From the NCBI GenBank assembly GCA_031414955.1, contig JANOQV010000036.1, positions 1 to 59,469 of the forward strand: 59,469 nucleotides of DNA, given 5' to 3'. The stretch comes from Pedosphaera sp. GTDB taxonomy: Bacteria; Verrucomicrobiota; Verrucomicrobiia; Limisphaerales; SIBH01. Both the position numbers and the translations under genes were made by a program. Positions 9,402 to 19,377 of this stretch are shown here, piece by piece. Position 1 is the stretch's first letter, and each line of letters begins with the position of its first letter. The notes under the pieces were generated by a model that saw only the letters and a program-made list of their open reading frames with translations, had not been told where the DNA came from and ran no database searches.

Positions 9402-10343
9402 CAGGCTATTAAACAAATGACTTCACTTTGCGGTCACCACCTTCTCCTGACTGGGTTTGGCCGTTTGACGCGTGATCTTTTCGCGTTTGCTCCCGCGCTC
9501 GTGGCGTATTCGCGGGTGGTTTGGCTCGCGGCGGGTTCCTACTACTGGCACGGCCAAGTTCCAGGCGGAGCAGATTGTAAGTGCCGGCCACGAAGTGATC
9601 CCAGGCCTGGGTTCGTTCCCGGCCCCGGTAGCGGCTCCAACTCAAGCAGCCCGCCGTCGTCATCCAGCCAAAGATTTCTTCGACCTGCTTGCGCAGTCGC
9701 TGGCTCACCTGATAGCCGGAATGTCGTGTGGTGCGGCCATCCAGTCTGCTCACCTCCACTCTCGCCTTGCACGCCACATGCGGAGCCAGTCCACGCGCCC
9801 GCGACACTCGCGGACGAAGTCTTTCTGGTGATAGCCCTTGTCCGCGCCCAACATGGCCGGGGCTACGCCCTAGTGCTGTTGCGTGCGCTCCTGCAACTGG
9901 CGTAGCTTCACCACCGGCTGAGGTTCGCCAATAGGCTCGAGGAACGTGAACTCGGCGTGTAGGCCGTGCCGGTTCTCCATCAGGATGTGTCCACCAAAAC
10001 AGAGCCGGGCGGCTTGGCCCGGAAACTTGCGATAGAGCAAGCTCTGCGGATCGGTCGTGCTCTGGGTAAAGGACGGTCAGCGCGCGGGCCTTGAGCAGTT
10101 GCTCGGGCGGGATGCTGGGCCGGTCCAGTTCTTCGCAGAGACCATCGAAGCGCGGCGAGAGCTTGTGCAGCACCGCGTCCAGCCGGCTCTTGATCGCGCG
10201 CAGCGGATGGTCCGCTGTCACACAGGCAGTGAGGTTGATGACAGTTAAGAAGTCCGGTTTGGCTTGAGCGTCTCCACGCATCTCGATTCGAGCCGTTCCC
10301 GACCCGATCTGCTCAAAAAATCTACGAGTTTCTCAGCAGCCTG
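9402..10343 (-). mobile_element. decayed IS5-family (IS5 subgroup) element with deleted, frameshifted transposase
   Basis: N-terminal MRG...DHPLRAIK...RPSIPPEQLLKA; off-frame TTDP..LYRK..GHILMENRHGL; C-terminal RKQVEEIFGW...YNLLRL; ends CAGGCTGCTGAGAAA (next to CTAG at 10344-10347) and degenerate CAGGCTATTAAACAA. Confidence 0.85.
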
Positions 10344-10353
10344 CTAGGCATCC

Positions 10354-11748
10354 TCACGCCAAAAACTTCAGCCGTCTCGCGGCAAACCACGTCATGCGCA
10401 ACAGCACCCAACCGTGTTTCCAGCGCGAGATATTGGTCTCGCCGTAGGTTCGCGCCTTGTAGCGGATGGGCAGGTCAATGATGCGCGCGTTCAGCTTCGC
10501 CGCACCGAAGAGTAAGTCGAAATCGCCGAATGGATCAAAGTCGCCGAAGTAGGCGCGGTTCTTCGCGATGAGTTCGTATTGCGAGCGGAACAGAACCTTC
10601 GTGCCGCAGAGCGTGTCCTTGATCGACTGGCCGAGCAACCAGGAGAAAGTAAGCCCGAAGCACTTGTTGGCGATCATGTTAAGGAACTGCATGGCCTGCT
10701 GCTCCATTGGATAGACGAGGCGCACGCCGTTGACAAAATCCGCCGTTCCGCTGCGCGCGGCTTCGTAGAACTTCGGCAATTCCTCCGGCGGCATCGTCAG
10801 GTCCGCATCAAGGATGAAGAGGATGTCGCCCGTGGCTTGCGCAAAGGCTTCACGCACCGCACCGCCTTTGCCATTGGACCGCTGCTTCATCATCTTGATG
10901 TCGCGATTCGGATAAGCCTTCGCCACGCGTTGGATTTCGTCCCAGGTGTTGTCCTTCGAGCCGCCCTCGATGAAGATGATCTCCGTGCCTCGCCCCATTT
11001 CCGGTACGCGCTTTACGGTGTCTTCGATGTTGCCGGCCTCGTTGCGAGCCGGAATGACGACCGAGCAACGGAAGTGGCGGTCGGGATCCAATTGCGGTTT
11101 TGGCCGCGCCACGACAAAAATAGTCAGGCAGAAATGCTTGAGCAACGGCGCGACCCAGCGGTTCAGCAGGCGTTCAATGATCGGCGTTTTCACCGGCCAC
11201 AACAACCGCACGTCGCTCTTCACCACTTCCCATCCAGCGAGTTGGAGCAGATTGGTTACGTCGTCCAGCGAGAGCCAGTTCTGCGCCGGGTTAGGTGCCT
11301 TGAGGCCGAACTTCTCGGCGACGGAGAGCACGGGCCGCCAGAGTTGGTTGAAGTAGTTCAAAACTAGCCGCGTGTCCGCCGCCGCGTGGCGGCGGGCCCG
11401 CTCGAAAAGTTTTTGAACGTCTGGCGCGTCATTCACCAGGTCAGACATGAGGATGTAGTCGAACTTCTCGCCGGTGCTGAATTCCGCCGCGTCCTCGACA
11501 TGCACCTCGATTTCGGGGTGCCGCTGGCGGGCGAACGCGGCGCTGGTGGGACTAAATTCCACGCCCACGGCACGCGCGGCTTTCAGGCTGGCGATCAGGT
11601 CGCCCAGGCCGCAGCCCAGTTCGAGAATTCGCTGGCCGGGCGGGACTAAAAACGAATAGTAGTTCCGAAGCAGCTGATGATAGCGGCGCCCTGCTTCCGC
11701 AGGGCGTTTAACTGCATGCTGCTCATAAAAATCCCGGCGTTCGGACAT
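10354..11748 (-). CDS. bifunctional class I SAM-methyltransferase-like / GT2 (DPM1-like) glycosyltransferase
   Basis: ILELGCGLG, FDYILMSD; SVVIPARNEAGNI, GKGGAV, ILDADL, DTLCGTK, DPFGDFDLLFGA. Confidence 0.88.
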   Translation of the reverse strand: MSERRDFYEQHAVKRPAEAGRRYHQLLRNYYSFLVPPGQRILELGCGLGDLIASLKAARAVGVEFSPTSAAFARQRHPEIEVHVEDAAEFSTGEKFDYILMSDLVNDAPDVQKLFERARRHAAADTRLVLNYFNQLWRPVLSVAEKFGLKAPNPAQNWLSLDDVTNLLQLAGWEVVKSDVRLLWPVKTPIIERLLNRWVAPLLKHFCLTIFVVARPKPQLDPDRHFRCSVVIPARNEAGNIEDTVKRVPEMGRGTEIIFIEGGSKDNTWDEIQRVAKAYPNRDIKMMKQRSNGKGGAVREAFAQATGDILFILDADLTMPPEELPKFYEAARSGTADFVNGVRLVYPMEQQAMQFLNMIANKCFGLTFSWLLGQSIKDTLCGTKVLFRSQYELIAKNRAYFGDFDPFGDFDLLFGAAKLNARIIDLPIRYKARTYGETNISRWKHGWVLLRMTWFAARRLKFLA

Positions 11749-11872
11749 GGCTTCTAATGACACTTTCTCGGGTCCGGTATCGAGCCAATTATCCGCAGCC
11801 GAGGATTTTCTTCCGGGGCGCGCTGCCTGTCTTGTCTGGCCCGCAACGCGCGCGCCACGCCCTTTTGACCAT

Positions 11873-13003
11873 TCAACGCGCGCCGACCACCGGTAGGAAC
11901 TGCCGTCCACTGATACGCGTGGCAATGGTCCGCGCCAATAACACCGCCCCGGTTTGACTATAATGAGTGCTGTCCACGTACATAGGCGCAGTCGTGTTGA
12001 GAAAAGCGTCGCCGCACCAGACAAAGTTGCTGCCGAACTCACCCTTCTGTGCGGCGGCTTCAAAGCGCCGGTATCCCCAGCCGCACAACCAATGGTCCGC
12101 CATCCGCTCCTGGAAGGGTGACTTCTCCGGCGGCACCGGGTAGTCGAAGAATGGGACTGGCTGGCCGATGAAAATCGTTTTGACTCCGTACGCATCGGCC
12201 ACGGCTTTCGCCATCCGCACGTTGCCAGCGTAGCGGCGGACAATGTCATCGACCACCACGCCGCGCTCCGCGTCGGTCGAAAGCATGTTCACCGTCCGGG
12301 ACTGCAAGTCGGGTGCGAGACATTTGCTAAGTTGGTCGGTGAATTCGGGCTGACCCGAGCCGTAATGGAAATCATTCAGCCCATCGATGAAAATGGCCAG
12401 ATCAGGTACGACTCCGCTCTGGAGCAGCGTTTCGAACAACAGTCTTTCCTGCGTAGAAAAATAGTAACAAGCGGCAAAGTTGTAACATTGTACCTTGCGC
12501 CCCGGCAGGCGCGAAGCCAGTTCCTGTTCAAGCGCCGCCACCGGAGTCTCAGAGTCCCGCACGCCAAACCCCCAGGTCGTCGAGCCGCCAAAGACAAAGA
12601 CCACGAAGTCCGACTTCAACGGGGGCCACGGCTGCGGCTCGCGGCCTCTGCGAAAGCCGGGCCCATAGACCGTCACGTAGCGGTTCGTCACCGCCTGGGG
12701 ACGAAACCCCATGAAGGGTGAGTAGATGTTGCGAACGCTGAGGCAGGCCCGCTGCAATTCGTCGATCTCGCCTGCAGACAGACCAGAATAAAACTTGGTG
12801 AAATCCACGCGCGGATAAGCCCGCGCGACCGCGTTTTCAGTGGCGACCGGCGGGCCCACCGTGCCGGCAGGGTGGCGAGTTGTGTACCAAAAACGTGCTA
12901 GGACGACTGTTTCCATGATGAGCGCCGTCAGCAAGATGATGATGGTCTTGAAAGCCTGGTGCAGTTTGTGATCGGGTGGTTGAAGCTTCTTCTTTGCGTT
13001 CAC
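11873..13003 (-). CDS. membrane-anchored SGNH/GDSL-like hydrolase (start approximate)
   Basis: N-terminal TM; VFVFGGSTTWG, IFIDGLND, YVDSTHYSQTG. Confidence 0.75.
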   Translation of the reverse strand: MNAKKKLQPPDHKLHQAFKTIIILLTALIMETVVLARFWYTTRHPAGTVGPPVATENAVARAYPRVDFTKFYSGLSAGEIDELQRACLSVRNIYSPFMGFRPQAVTNRYVTVYGPGFRRGREPQPWPPLKSDFVVFVFGGSTTWGFGVRDSETPVAALEQELASRLPGRKVQCYNFAACYYFSTQERLLFETLLQSGVVPDLAIFIDGLNDFHYGSGQPEFTDQLSKCLAPDLQSRTVNMLSTDAERGVVVDDIVRRYAGNVRMAKAVADAYGVKTIFIGQPVPFFDYPVPPEKSPFQERMADHWLCGWGYRRFEAAAQKGEFGSNFVWCGDAFLNTTAPMYVDSTHYSQTGAVLLARTIATRISGRQFLPVVGAR

Positions 13004-13532
13004 CTTCGTAACAAGCGATTCCGCCCGCCATGGTGTCAAGCGTCGAATGGAATGGGAAGCAGGGTGAACGGCGCAGCATAGCCCGCGCTGGACGCTCGGG
13101 GAGCGGCCATGGATTGAGCCTTGGTGGAATTCGTTGGCGATCATTAGGCCGGTTTTCCCTAGTTCTTTTATTCTCGTGGGTCGCGCCATCCGCCAGACTC
13201 CGACTTAACGCGCAGAGGCACGGAGGAAGAACAAGTTCTTGTCCGAGCGGATGAAGAGCGGCTTTTCCGAGACAGCCATTGAGGCCTGGCATTTCTCGCC
13301 GAGCGCGTCCTTCGCTAGCAATTTGAACTGGGGGGGGCTTCGATCTCCTTGGAGTCGCCGGCTTCGGTGAGCATACGGTGAGCATATTCGGGAGGAGAGA
13401 TTCCGCACTGGAAGGCTGGACGTCAAAGCCGCGCCGCGCCGGTGGTGGCGGCCGGCGAAAAGGGCGGCTGCGAGCGCCGCGCGCCCGCCCACCTTGCTCC
13501 AAGCCACGGTCGAGAATGGTGGCGCGGGTTGT

Positions 13533-15185
13533 TCAACGCGGATCCGGAGGTGAAAGCTTGACCCGATAAACCGCTCCATCGCCCTTTTCCAGTATCCTAT
13601 CAATGACAAGGGCGGCGTTCTTTGGCAGGAAGATGAACAACTCGCGCTCGCGGCCTTCCGGCCATTTCTGTCCCGCCAGAAACAGGGTTTCGCCCCGCTG
13701 GAGCCGCTCTTCAATTTTGTCATCCGGCCCGGCGACGGAATACCAAATCGTTTGGTTCGGCCATTCCTCCGCGACGTACGCTGGGCCATGTCTTGGGAAA
13801 AGCTGGTCGATGATGATCTTCCCGTGGCGCCGGCCACTATAAGCGTTGCCAAACCAGAGTGCGTGATACAGCGACGAGCAGCCATAGTAGTAAACCACTG
13901 TTTTGTCACTGAAGTCCTTGTCGAGCGCCCGAGCAATTTCGGCATGGGCATCACGATCCCTGGCCATCTGGGTGTGCAAGTGATGGAGCTTAAAGCCGGA
14001 CCAGCCAGCAACAAGAATGCTTAGGCAGGCACCCACGGGCAAAATCCACGGCAACCGGGGCGGGCCGTCCTGCCAGCAGCGAGCCAGCGCCGCCAACACC
14101 GCCGCGTTCAATCCGAGGAAGGCCATGGCCGGCAACAAATAGCGTGCGTGACCGAACTTGCCAACCATGAGGCATTCCACAATCTGAGCCAGGACTAGAC
14201 CGGCCAGCAGCCAGGCAAGCCGTGTTTCACGCGCAGTCCTTTTAGGGCGTCGCCAACTCTGAATCAGCGCTGTGAATCCCAACGCGATAGCAAGAAAGAG
14301 CGCGGGTCTCGCCGGGACAAGCTGCGCCAGGAACATCGAATAGTGCTGGCCAATCAGACCGGGCGCGCCATCGCCATAGCGGCCCTCACGCGTCACGAGG
14401 TTGAGCACCCACGTTGCGAACCTTTGGTAATGTGGTTTTAGGGGCAGCATCCACAGGCTACCGAAGCAGCAGAGCAAGACGAGATAGATCGCGCGTGCCT
14501 TCCACGTTCGCAAACAAAAGAGCGGCACCAGCACAAAGGGCAGGAAATTGATCTTCGTGACCACACCCGTGACCGCAAGGAACGCCAGCAAGCAGATCAC
14601 TCCCATGCCATCAGGCTCATCCTGAAAGGCCCGGACATAAAGGACTGCGGCCATCGCACCGGCGATGATTAGGATCATCGACTCGGGCCGGAAACGCGTC
14701 ACTTCAAGAAAGCTTTCATCCAGCAGAAACGGCGCGGCCTGCCAGAGCAAGGCAACGGTCATGCTGCCGGTCTTTCGCCACACCCAGGCGGCAAAGAGCA
14801 CCATGGAAATTGCGTAGCCGATCATCAACGTTAGGTTCAGCCTGCCCAGATACATTTCCGAGTGGGCCAGCACGGTTTCGTTAGTGCCGACTTTCGTCGC
14901 GGTGAAGTTGGCCAGTTTTATTCCTGCGGCAGCGAACAATTGCAGCGAAGTTCCGGGGTGATCAATGTGGTCCGGAGGAATTCCACTTGTCAGATTCAAC
15001 CCGTTGAAAAGGTACGCGTAATCCGGGTCGTAATTGAAACCTAGGAAAAAAGGCCCCCGGGCCTGCGAAAAAGCGGCGTGAAGAATGAGAAAGAGGATTG
15101 GGGCGACCACCAGGGGCCATGTTTTCTTCCAGAGATTGAATCGACTGGTCACGCGTTGCGTAAACGTAAAGTAAAGGGGCCCCAA
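13533..15185 (-). CDS. polytopic membrane protein, probable GT-C (ArnT/PMT-like) glycosyltransferase
   Basis: Many TM segments; YDPDYAY and DHPG in the first loop; RPE, TKINF, RYLLP motifs; soluble C-terminal domain. Confidence 0.65.
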   Translation of the reverse strand: MGPLYFTFTQRVTSRFNLWKKTWPLVVAPILFLILHAAFSQARGPFFLGFNYDPDYAYLFNGLNLTSGIPPDHIDHPGTSLQLFAAAGIKLANFTATKVGTNETVLAHSEMYLGRLNLTLMIGYAISMVLFAAWVWRKTGSMTVALLWQAAPFLLDESFLEVTRFRPESMILIIAGAMAAVLYVRAFQDEPDGMGVICLLAFLAVTGVVTKINFLPFVLVPLFCLRTWKARAIYLVLLCCFGSLWMLPLKPHYQRFATWVLNLVTREGRYGDGAPGLIGQHYSMFLAQLVPARPALFLAIALGFTALIQSWRRPKRTARETRLAWLLAGLVLAQIVECLMVGKFGHARYLLPAMAFLGLNAAVLAALARCWQDGPPRLPWILPVGACLSILVAGWSGFKLHHLHTQMARDRDAHAEIARALDKDFSDKTVVYYYGCSSLYHALWFGNAYSGRRHGKIIIDQLFPRHGPAYVAEEWPNQTIWYSVAGPDDKIEERLQRGETLFLAGQKWPEGRERELFIFLPKNAALVIDRILEKGDGAVYRVKLSPPDPR

Positions 15186-15226
15186 TCGACAATTCTTTCC
15201 CTTCGCGCCTTTTCCTGCCTTCGCGG

Positions 15227-15406
15227 TCAGGTGCGAGATTTAGCTGGCACTGCCCATCGCCAGCCGGTCATGACGCAAGCTCCGCCGAGAGTGCGGACAA
15301 ACTCGCGCCGGTCAGCGACATCGCGGAAGATGGCTTCACGATGGTCGCCGCAACTCATCAAGTAGTAGGTGGCTCCGGAATATTCAACGAGCAAGGATCG
15401 TGGCAT
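15227..15406 (-). pseudogene. N-terminal fragment of a REP-associated/Y1 tyrosine transposase (RAYT-like)
   Basis: MPRSLLVEYSGATYYLMSCGDHREAIFRDVADRREFVRTLGGACVMTGW matches the RAYT N-terminus pattern; truncated before the HUH motif. Confidence 0.75.
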
Positions 15407-15686
15407 GTTGAGTCCTTTGGGAGATTGAGTTCTTGGCGACTCAAGAACCCATTCCAGCGATTGGAATTTTGAGGACTGAGCGTTCCGGGTGTCTGTTTTC
15501 GAGGCAATTGTCCGCATCGGGAACACGGGTATCCAAAAGATGAGGTTGGGTGGACAGATTTGACTTCCGGGTGTGCGGAACCGGCTTCCCGTTATGCAAA
15601 TTCGTGGTCGAGATATGCGCTTCCGGGGTCAAGTTTTGCGTGGCCTTCACGCCGAGAGCTGCGAGAAAGGCTCCTACCATGTACCT

Positions 15687-15754
15687 GAGTGCCGAGCATT
15701 GCTCGGCTCGAACCGCGGGCTGGTCACGCCGGGCCGAGCACTGCTCGGGGCTCC
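15687..15754. repeat. REP doublet (REPIN-like), GCCGAGCAyTGCTCGG family
   Basis: GAGTGCCGAGCATTGCTCGGC ... GCCGAGCACTGCTCGGGGCTCC, inverted palindromic pair. Confidence 0.6.
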
Positions 15755-15797
15755 AATTCGGTTCAGAGGACCAAATCGCGAACGTGCGTTCGTGGAA

Positions 15798-15841
15798 TCT
15801 CTCCCCAGCCCTCTCTTCCTCTCCACAAAAGAGAGGGGATT
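15798..15841. repeat. CCCTCTC...GAGAGGG palindromic repeat unit
   Basis: CTCTCCCCAGCCCTCTCTT...AAGAGAGGGGA hairpin. Confidence 0.45.
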
Positions 15842-16093
15842 GATCCGGCCCTCCCCGCTACTTCACTGCTTCTCGAACGAACCGACGTCCGAGGCTGGCC
15901 CTTGCGCGCGCGACACCACGCTGATCGGCAGTGGTTGCGGTGATGGGATCATCTGCATCAATCTCCGGGCTGCCGGGCAACGTGATTCGCAGCGAAGGCG
16001 CATTGGGCGAGCGAGGCATCACCGGATTATACCCTGATCGTGCCACCAAAACTCCCCACCGTGTTTCCAGCGAAGGGATGGCCGGAGCTTATG

Positions 16094-16216
16094 GGTGGTG
16101 CCTGTCGCGCTGCGACAGGCCTGCGGCGTTCAGGCGCGGAATCCAGCAACGGCGTTACGCGCCATACTCTCGCCCGCTGTACGCGGGTGGCGTATCGCAG
16201 CGCGACAGGCACCACC
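16094..16216. repeat. REP doublet (REPIN-like), TGTCGCGCTGCGACA family
   Basis: Perfect 22-bp inverted repeat GGTGGTGCCTGTCGCGCTGCGA / TCGCAGCGCGACAGGCACCACC. Confidence 0.75.
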
Positions 16217-16378
16217 TGTCCACCCACTTTTAATCATACCCGATTCGCCGCGCTGACCTTTATCGGAACGAAGCAACTGGAAGACACGGACTGCGCGGAT
16301 TCTGCCCCGTGAAAAGGGGAAGAAAGCCGCTTCCCTTGGCCTTCAGAGACAGCCTGGATTCGATGCCCTCTTGCCACC

Positions 16379-17158
16379 TCACTCCTTCCGCGCCACGAGC
16401 GTGAGGCGCTGCCACCACCACACGATTTTACCGTCTTCCTCGCCCAGCCGAAAAAGTTTACGCGCGGACTCCGGCGCCTGACGAACCAGTTCCAGAACTT
16501 GAGCGCGGTTTTCCGGTGTGGTGGCGGCGGTGTCGAAATACCAGTTCAAGTCTGGCTGTTGGAAAGGCGTCAATCCGCAGTAAACCACTTGCAACCCGCT
16601 GGCCTCGCAAAACTCACGCCAAGTGCGTGGAGTGATGAAGCGATGATGGCTCGGGTCGCGCAGCTTCTCGACGGAGTGGGACCACTGCTCCGCCTCGGGT
16701 TGGTCATCTTCCACGGTGCCGTCGATGAGGAGAAACGAGCCTCCAGGCCGGAGCACGCGGGCCGTTTCGCGCACGAACGACTCCGGGGAACTGAAATGAT
16801 GCGCCGCCACGCGGCAGGTCACGATCTCAAAGGATTCGTTCGCATCGGGAAACTGCTCGGCGGAATGCAGACGCGTTTGCACGAGGAGGCCGCGTTCCAC
16901 CGCCAGGGCCGCCGCGCGATCCAGCATGGCTTGGGTGATATCGCTCAACGTCACGTCGCAGCCCAGGCTGGCCAGCAGCAACCCGGTGTGCCCACCGCCC
17001 GTGGCAACATCAAGAACACGGGCGCAGGCGGGGAGTTCGAGATGGGCCAGAGCGGCGCGGACATCCTCCACGTTTTCAAGAATGTGCCCCTTGCCATAGT
17101 GTTCGCTCTGGCGGGAGAACTGGTCCCGCGAGGCGCACTGCACGTCGTCCAGTTGCAT
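16379..17158 (-). CDS. class I SAM-dependent methyltransferase (UbiE/YafE-like)
   Basis: VLDVATGGGHTG, CRVAAHHF, RVLRPGG, LRDPSH. Confidence 0.88.
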   Translation of the reverse strand: MQLDDVQCASRDQFSRQSEHYGKGHILENVEDVRAALAHLELPACARVLDVATGGGHTGLLLASLGCDVTLSDITQAMLDRAAALAVERGLLVQTRLHSAEQFPDANESFEIVTCRVAAHHFSSPESFVRETARVLRPGGSFLLIDGTVEDDQPEAEQWSHSVEKLRDPSHHRFITPRTWREFCEASGLQVVYCGLTPFQQPDLNWYFDTAATTPENRAQVLELVRQAPESARKLFRLGEEDGKIVWWWQRLTLVARKE

Positions 17159-17249
17159 GGCCGCATTTTGCGCCCGCCCGCGCGGAGGCTCAAGAGAATG
17201 AACGTCCCGAACACCCGCATGAAAACACAAAGCCAGCGGAAATTAACCC

Positions 17250-17446
17250 TTGCACGGCAGGCGTTGCTCCCTATCTTCGCCCCTGCCTGAGCGCGGCGTG
17301 TGCCGCTGTTCATTGAGGCTGAGAAACAAAAGTTAACCAGTAACCGAACCATCAACCCTCCGTTGCCACGGATACGTTTTGGTTTCGGCAATGGAGACCA
17401 CGCAAGCCATTCGCCTGCCAGTCTCCCGCAGTCATAGTCAGTCATT
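17250..17446 (+). promoter_or_regulatory. putative rpsA promoter and structured 5' leader
   Basis: TTGCAC-N16-TATCTT at 17250-17277; hairpin CTCCGTTGCC/GGCAATGGAG at 17358-17396; no Shine-Dalgarno before the ATG. Confidence 0.35.
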
Positions 17447-19114
17447 ATGCTCACCATGGAAGAAGCCCTGAAGGGCAGCACCGTTGGATTCTCCACCGGT
17501 CAGATCGTCACCGGTAAAATCATCGAAGTCCGGGCCAAGGAAGTCTTGGTGGACATCGGCTACAAGTCCGAAGGCTCCGTCAACGGCAGCGAATTCGACG
17601 ACATCAAGACCGTGAAGGTCGGCGATGAAGTCGAAGTGCTCATCGAGAAGCTCGAGGACAAGGACGGCATGGTCGTCCTCTCCAAGGAGAAGGCCGAGTT
17701 CAAGAAGAACTGGGATCGCATCCTCCTCATCGCCGGCGAAGGCACGACCGTGACCGGCAAAGTGAAGGCCGCAGTCAAGGGTGGCCTTATCGTCAACATC
17801 GGCGTGGAGGCGTTCCTGCCCTCGTCGCAGATCGACATCATTCCCCCGAAAAATTTGCAGCCCTTCATCGGCAACACCTATGAGTTCAAGGTCGTAAAGA
17901 TCAATCCCGACCGCCAGAACGTAGTGCTTTCCCGCCGCGAGCTGATCGAGGCCGAACGCACCCAGCGCCGCGCCGCGTTGCTCACGGACATGACTCCCGG
18001 CGACATTCGCAAAGGTGTGGTCAAGAACATCACGGACTTCGGCGCGTTCATCGACCTCAACGGTCTGGACGGCCTGCTCCACATCACGGACATGAGCTGG
18101 GGCCGCGTCGGTCATCCGAGCGAAATCCTCAAGGTCGGCCAGGAAATCGACGTGGTCGTACTCGACGTGAACCGCGAGAAAGAACGCGTCAGCCTCGGCC
18201 TCAAGCAGAAGCTCACCAACCCCTGGGAACAGATCGAAAGCAAGTTCACCGTCGGCCAGAAGGTCAAGGGCAAGGTGGTCAACCTCGTCCCCTACGGCGC
18301 GTTTGTGGAACTCGAACCTGGGGTCGAAGGCCTCGTGCATGTCACCGAGCTTTCCTGGACCAAGCGCATCGCCAAGCCTTCCGACGTCCTCAAGGCCGGT
18401 CAGGACATCGAGGCTGTGGTGCTCGGCATCAACCGCGAAGAGCAGAAAATCTCGCTCGGCGTGCGCCAGCTTGAAACCAATCCTTGGGACAAGGCGGCCG
18501 AGAAGTATCCGAAGGACACCCGCGTGAAGGGCAAGATCCGCAACCTGACCAGCTACGGCGCGTTCCTCGAACTCGAGGAAGGCATCGACGGCATGATTCA
18601 CGTCTCGGATGTTTCCTGGACGCGCAAAATCAATCACCCCAGCGAAGTGCTGAAGAAGGGCGACGAAGTCGAAGCCGTCGTGCTCGAAGTAGACAAGGCC
18701 AACCAACGCATCGCGCTCGGCGTGAAGCAGCTCAGTGAGGATCCGTGGTCCAACATCGACAAGTTCTACAAGGTTGGTGACCTCGTGAACGGCCAGGTGA
18801 CCAAGCTCGCGAGCTTTGGCGCCTTCGTCGGCCTGGCCCACGACATCGACGGTCTCGTGCATATCTCGCAAGTCAGCGAGGAGCGCGTGGACAAGATCAA
18901 GAACGTGCTCAAGCCGGGTCAGGACGTGGCCGCGCGCGTGATCAAGATCGACAAGGGCGAACGCCGCATCGGCCTGTCCATCAAGGCCGCCAGCTACAGC
19001 GACGAGCAACTCCGCGAAGAGCAGAAGATCCTCGACTCGCTCAAGCCCGGTGAAGACCTCGTGGCCCTGCAGCACGCGTTCGACGCGGCGGAAGTCGTCG
19101 AGCCCAAGGAGTAG
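17447..19114 (+). CDS. rpsA: 30S ribosomal protein S1
   Basis: VDIGYKSEG; six S1 repeats (FGAFIDL..DGLLHITDMSW etc.); strongly biased codons. Confidence 0.98.
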   Translation: MLTMEEALKGSTVGFSTGQIVTGKIIEVRAKEVLVDIGYKSEGSVNGSEFDDIKTVKVGDEVEVLIEKLEDKDGMVVLSKEKAEFKKNWDRILLIAGEGTTVTGKVKAAVKGGLIVNIGVEAFLPSSQIDIIPPKNLQPFIGNTYEFKVVKINPDRQNVVLSRRELIEAERTQRRAALLTDMTPGDIRKGVVKNITDFGAFIDLNGLDGLLHITDMSWGRVGHPSEILKVGQEIDVVVLDVNREKERVSLGLKQKLTNPWEQIESKFTVGQKVKGKVVNLVPYGAFVELEPGVEGLVHVTELSWTKRIAKPSDVLKAGQDIEAVVLGINREEQKISLGVRQLETNPWDKAAEKYPKDTRVKGKIRNLTSYGAFLELEEGIDGMIHVSDVSWTRKINHPSEVLKKGDEVEAVVLEVDKANQRIALGVKQLSEDPWSNIDKFYKVGDLVNGQVTKLASFGAFVGLAHDIDGLVHISQVSEERVDKIKNVLKPGQDVAARVIKIDKGERRIGLSIKAASYSDEQLREEQKILDSLKPGEDLVALQHAFDAAEVVEPKE

Positions 19115-19139
19115 CCTCTTCTCCAACAGAATGATCGCG

Positions 19140-19175
19140 ACAGGCGGACTGGCCACAGTCCGCCTGTTTTCTTTT
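19140..19175 (+). terminator. rpsA intrinsic terminator
   Basis: Stem ACAGGCGGACTG-GCCA-CAGTCCGCCTGT followed by TTTCTTTT. Confidence 0.88.
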
Positions 19176-19377
19176 CCATCTCATCAGCGAATGCAGAAAC
19201 GGTCGGGAGCAGCGTGGCGGCGCGCAACCCGACGATTGGAACGGTTGAGCACGGGCTACGGACGCTTCCAATTCACCAGGCGCGACGAGAATTGCAGCCC
19301 GTAGGATGTTGCCTGACCGACGTTTCATCTCACACCGGCTTGTCAGTCCACGGGCCAAAACTATCCTCGTCGCAACG

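Noticed and set aside
9409..10281. Apparently intact 290-aa transposase ORF
   Set aside because: Only the ends are in the transposase frame; the middle is deleted and frameshifted
13328..13352. GGGGGGGCTTCGATCTCC, tRNA T-arm-like
   Set aside because: No cloverleaf, acceptor stem or CCA can be built
6834..16330. Prophage
   Set aside because: Only one fibre-like domain; no integrase, terminase, capsid or lysis genes
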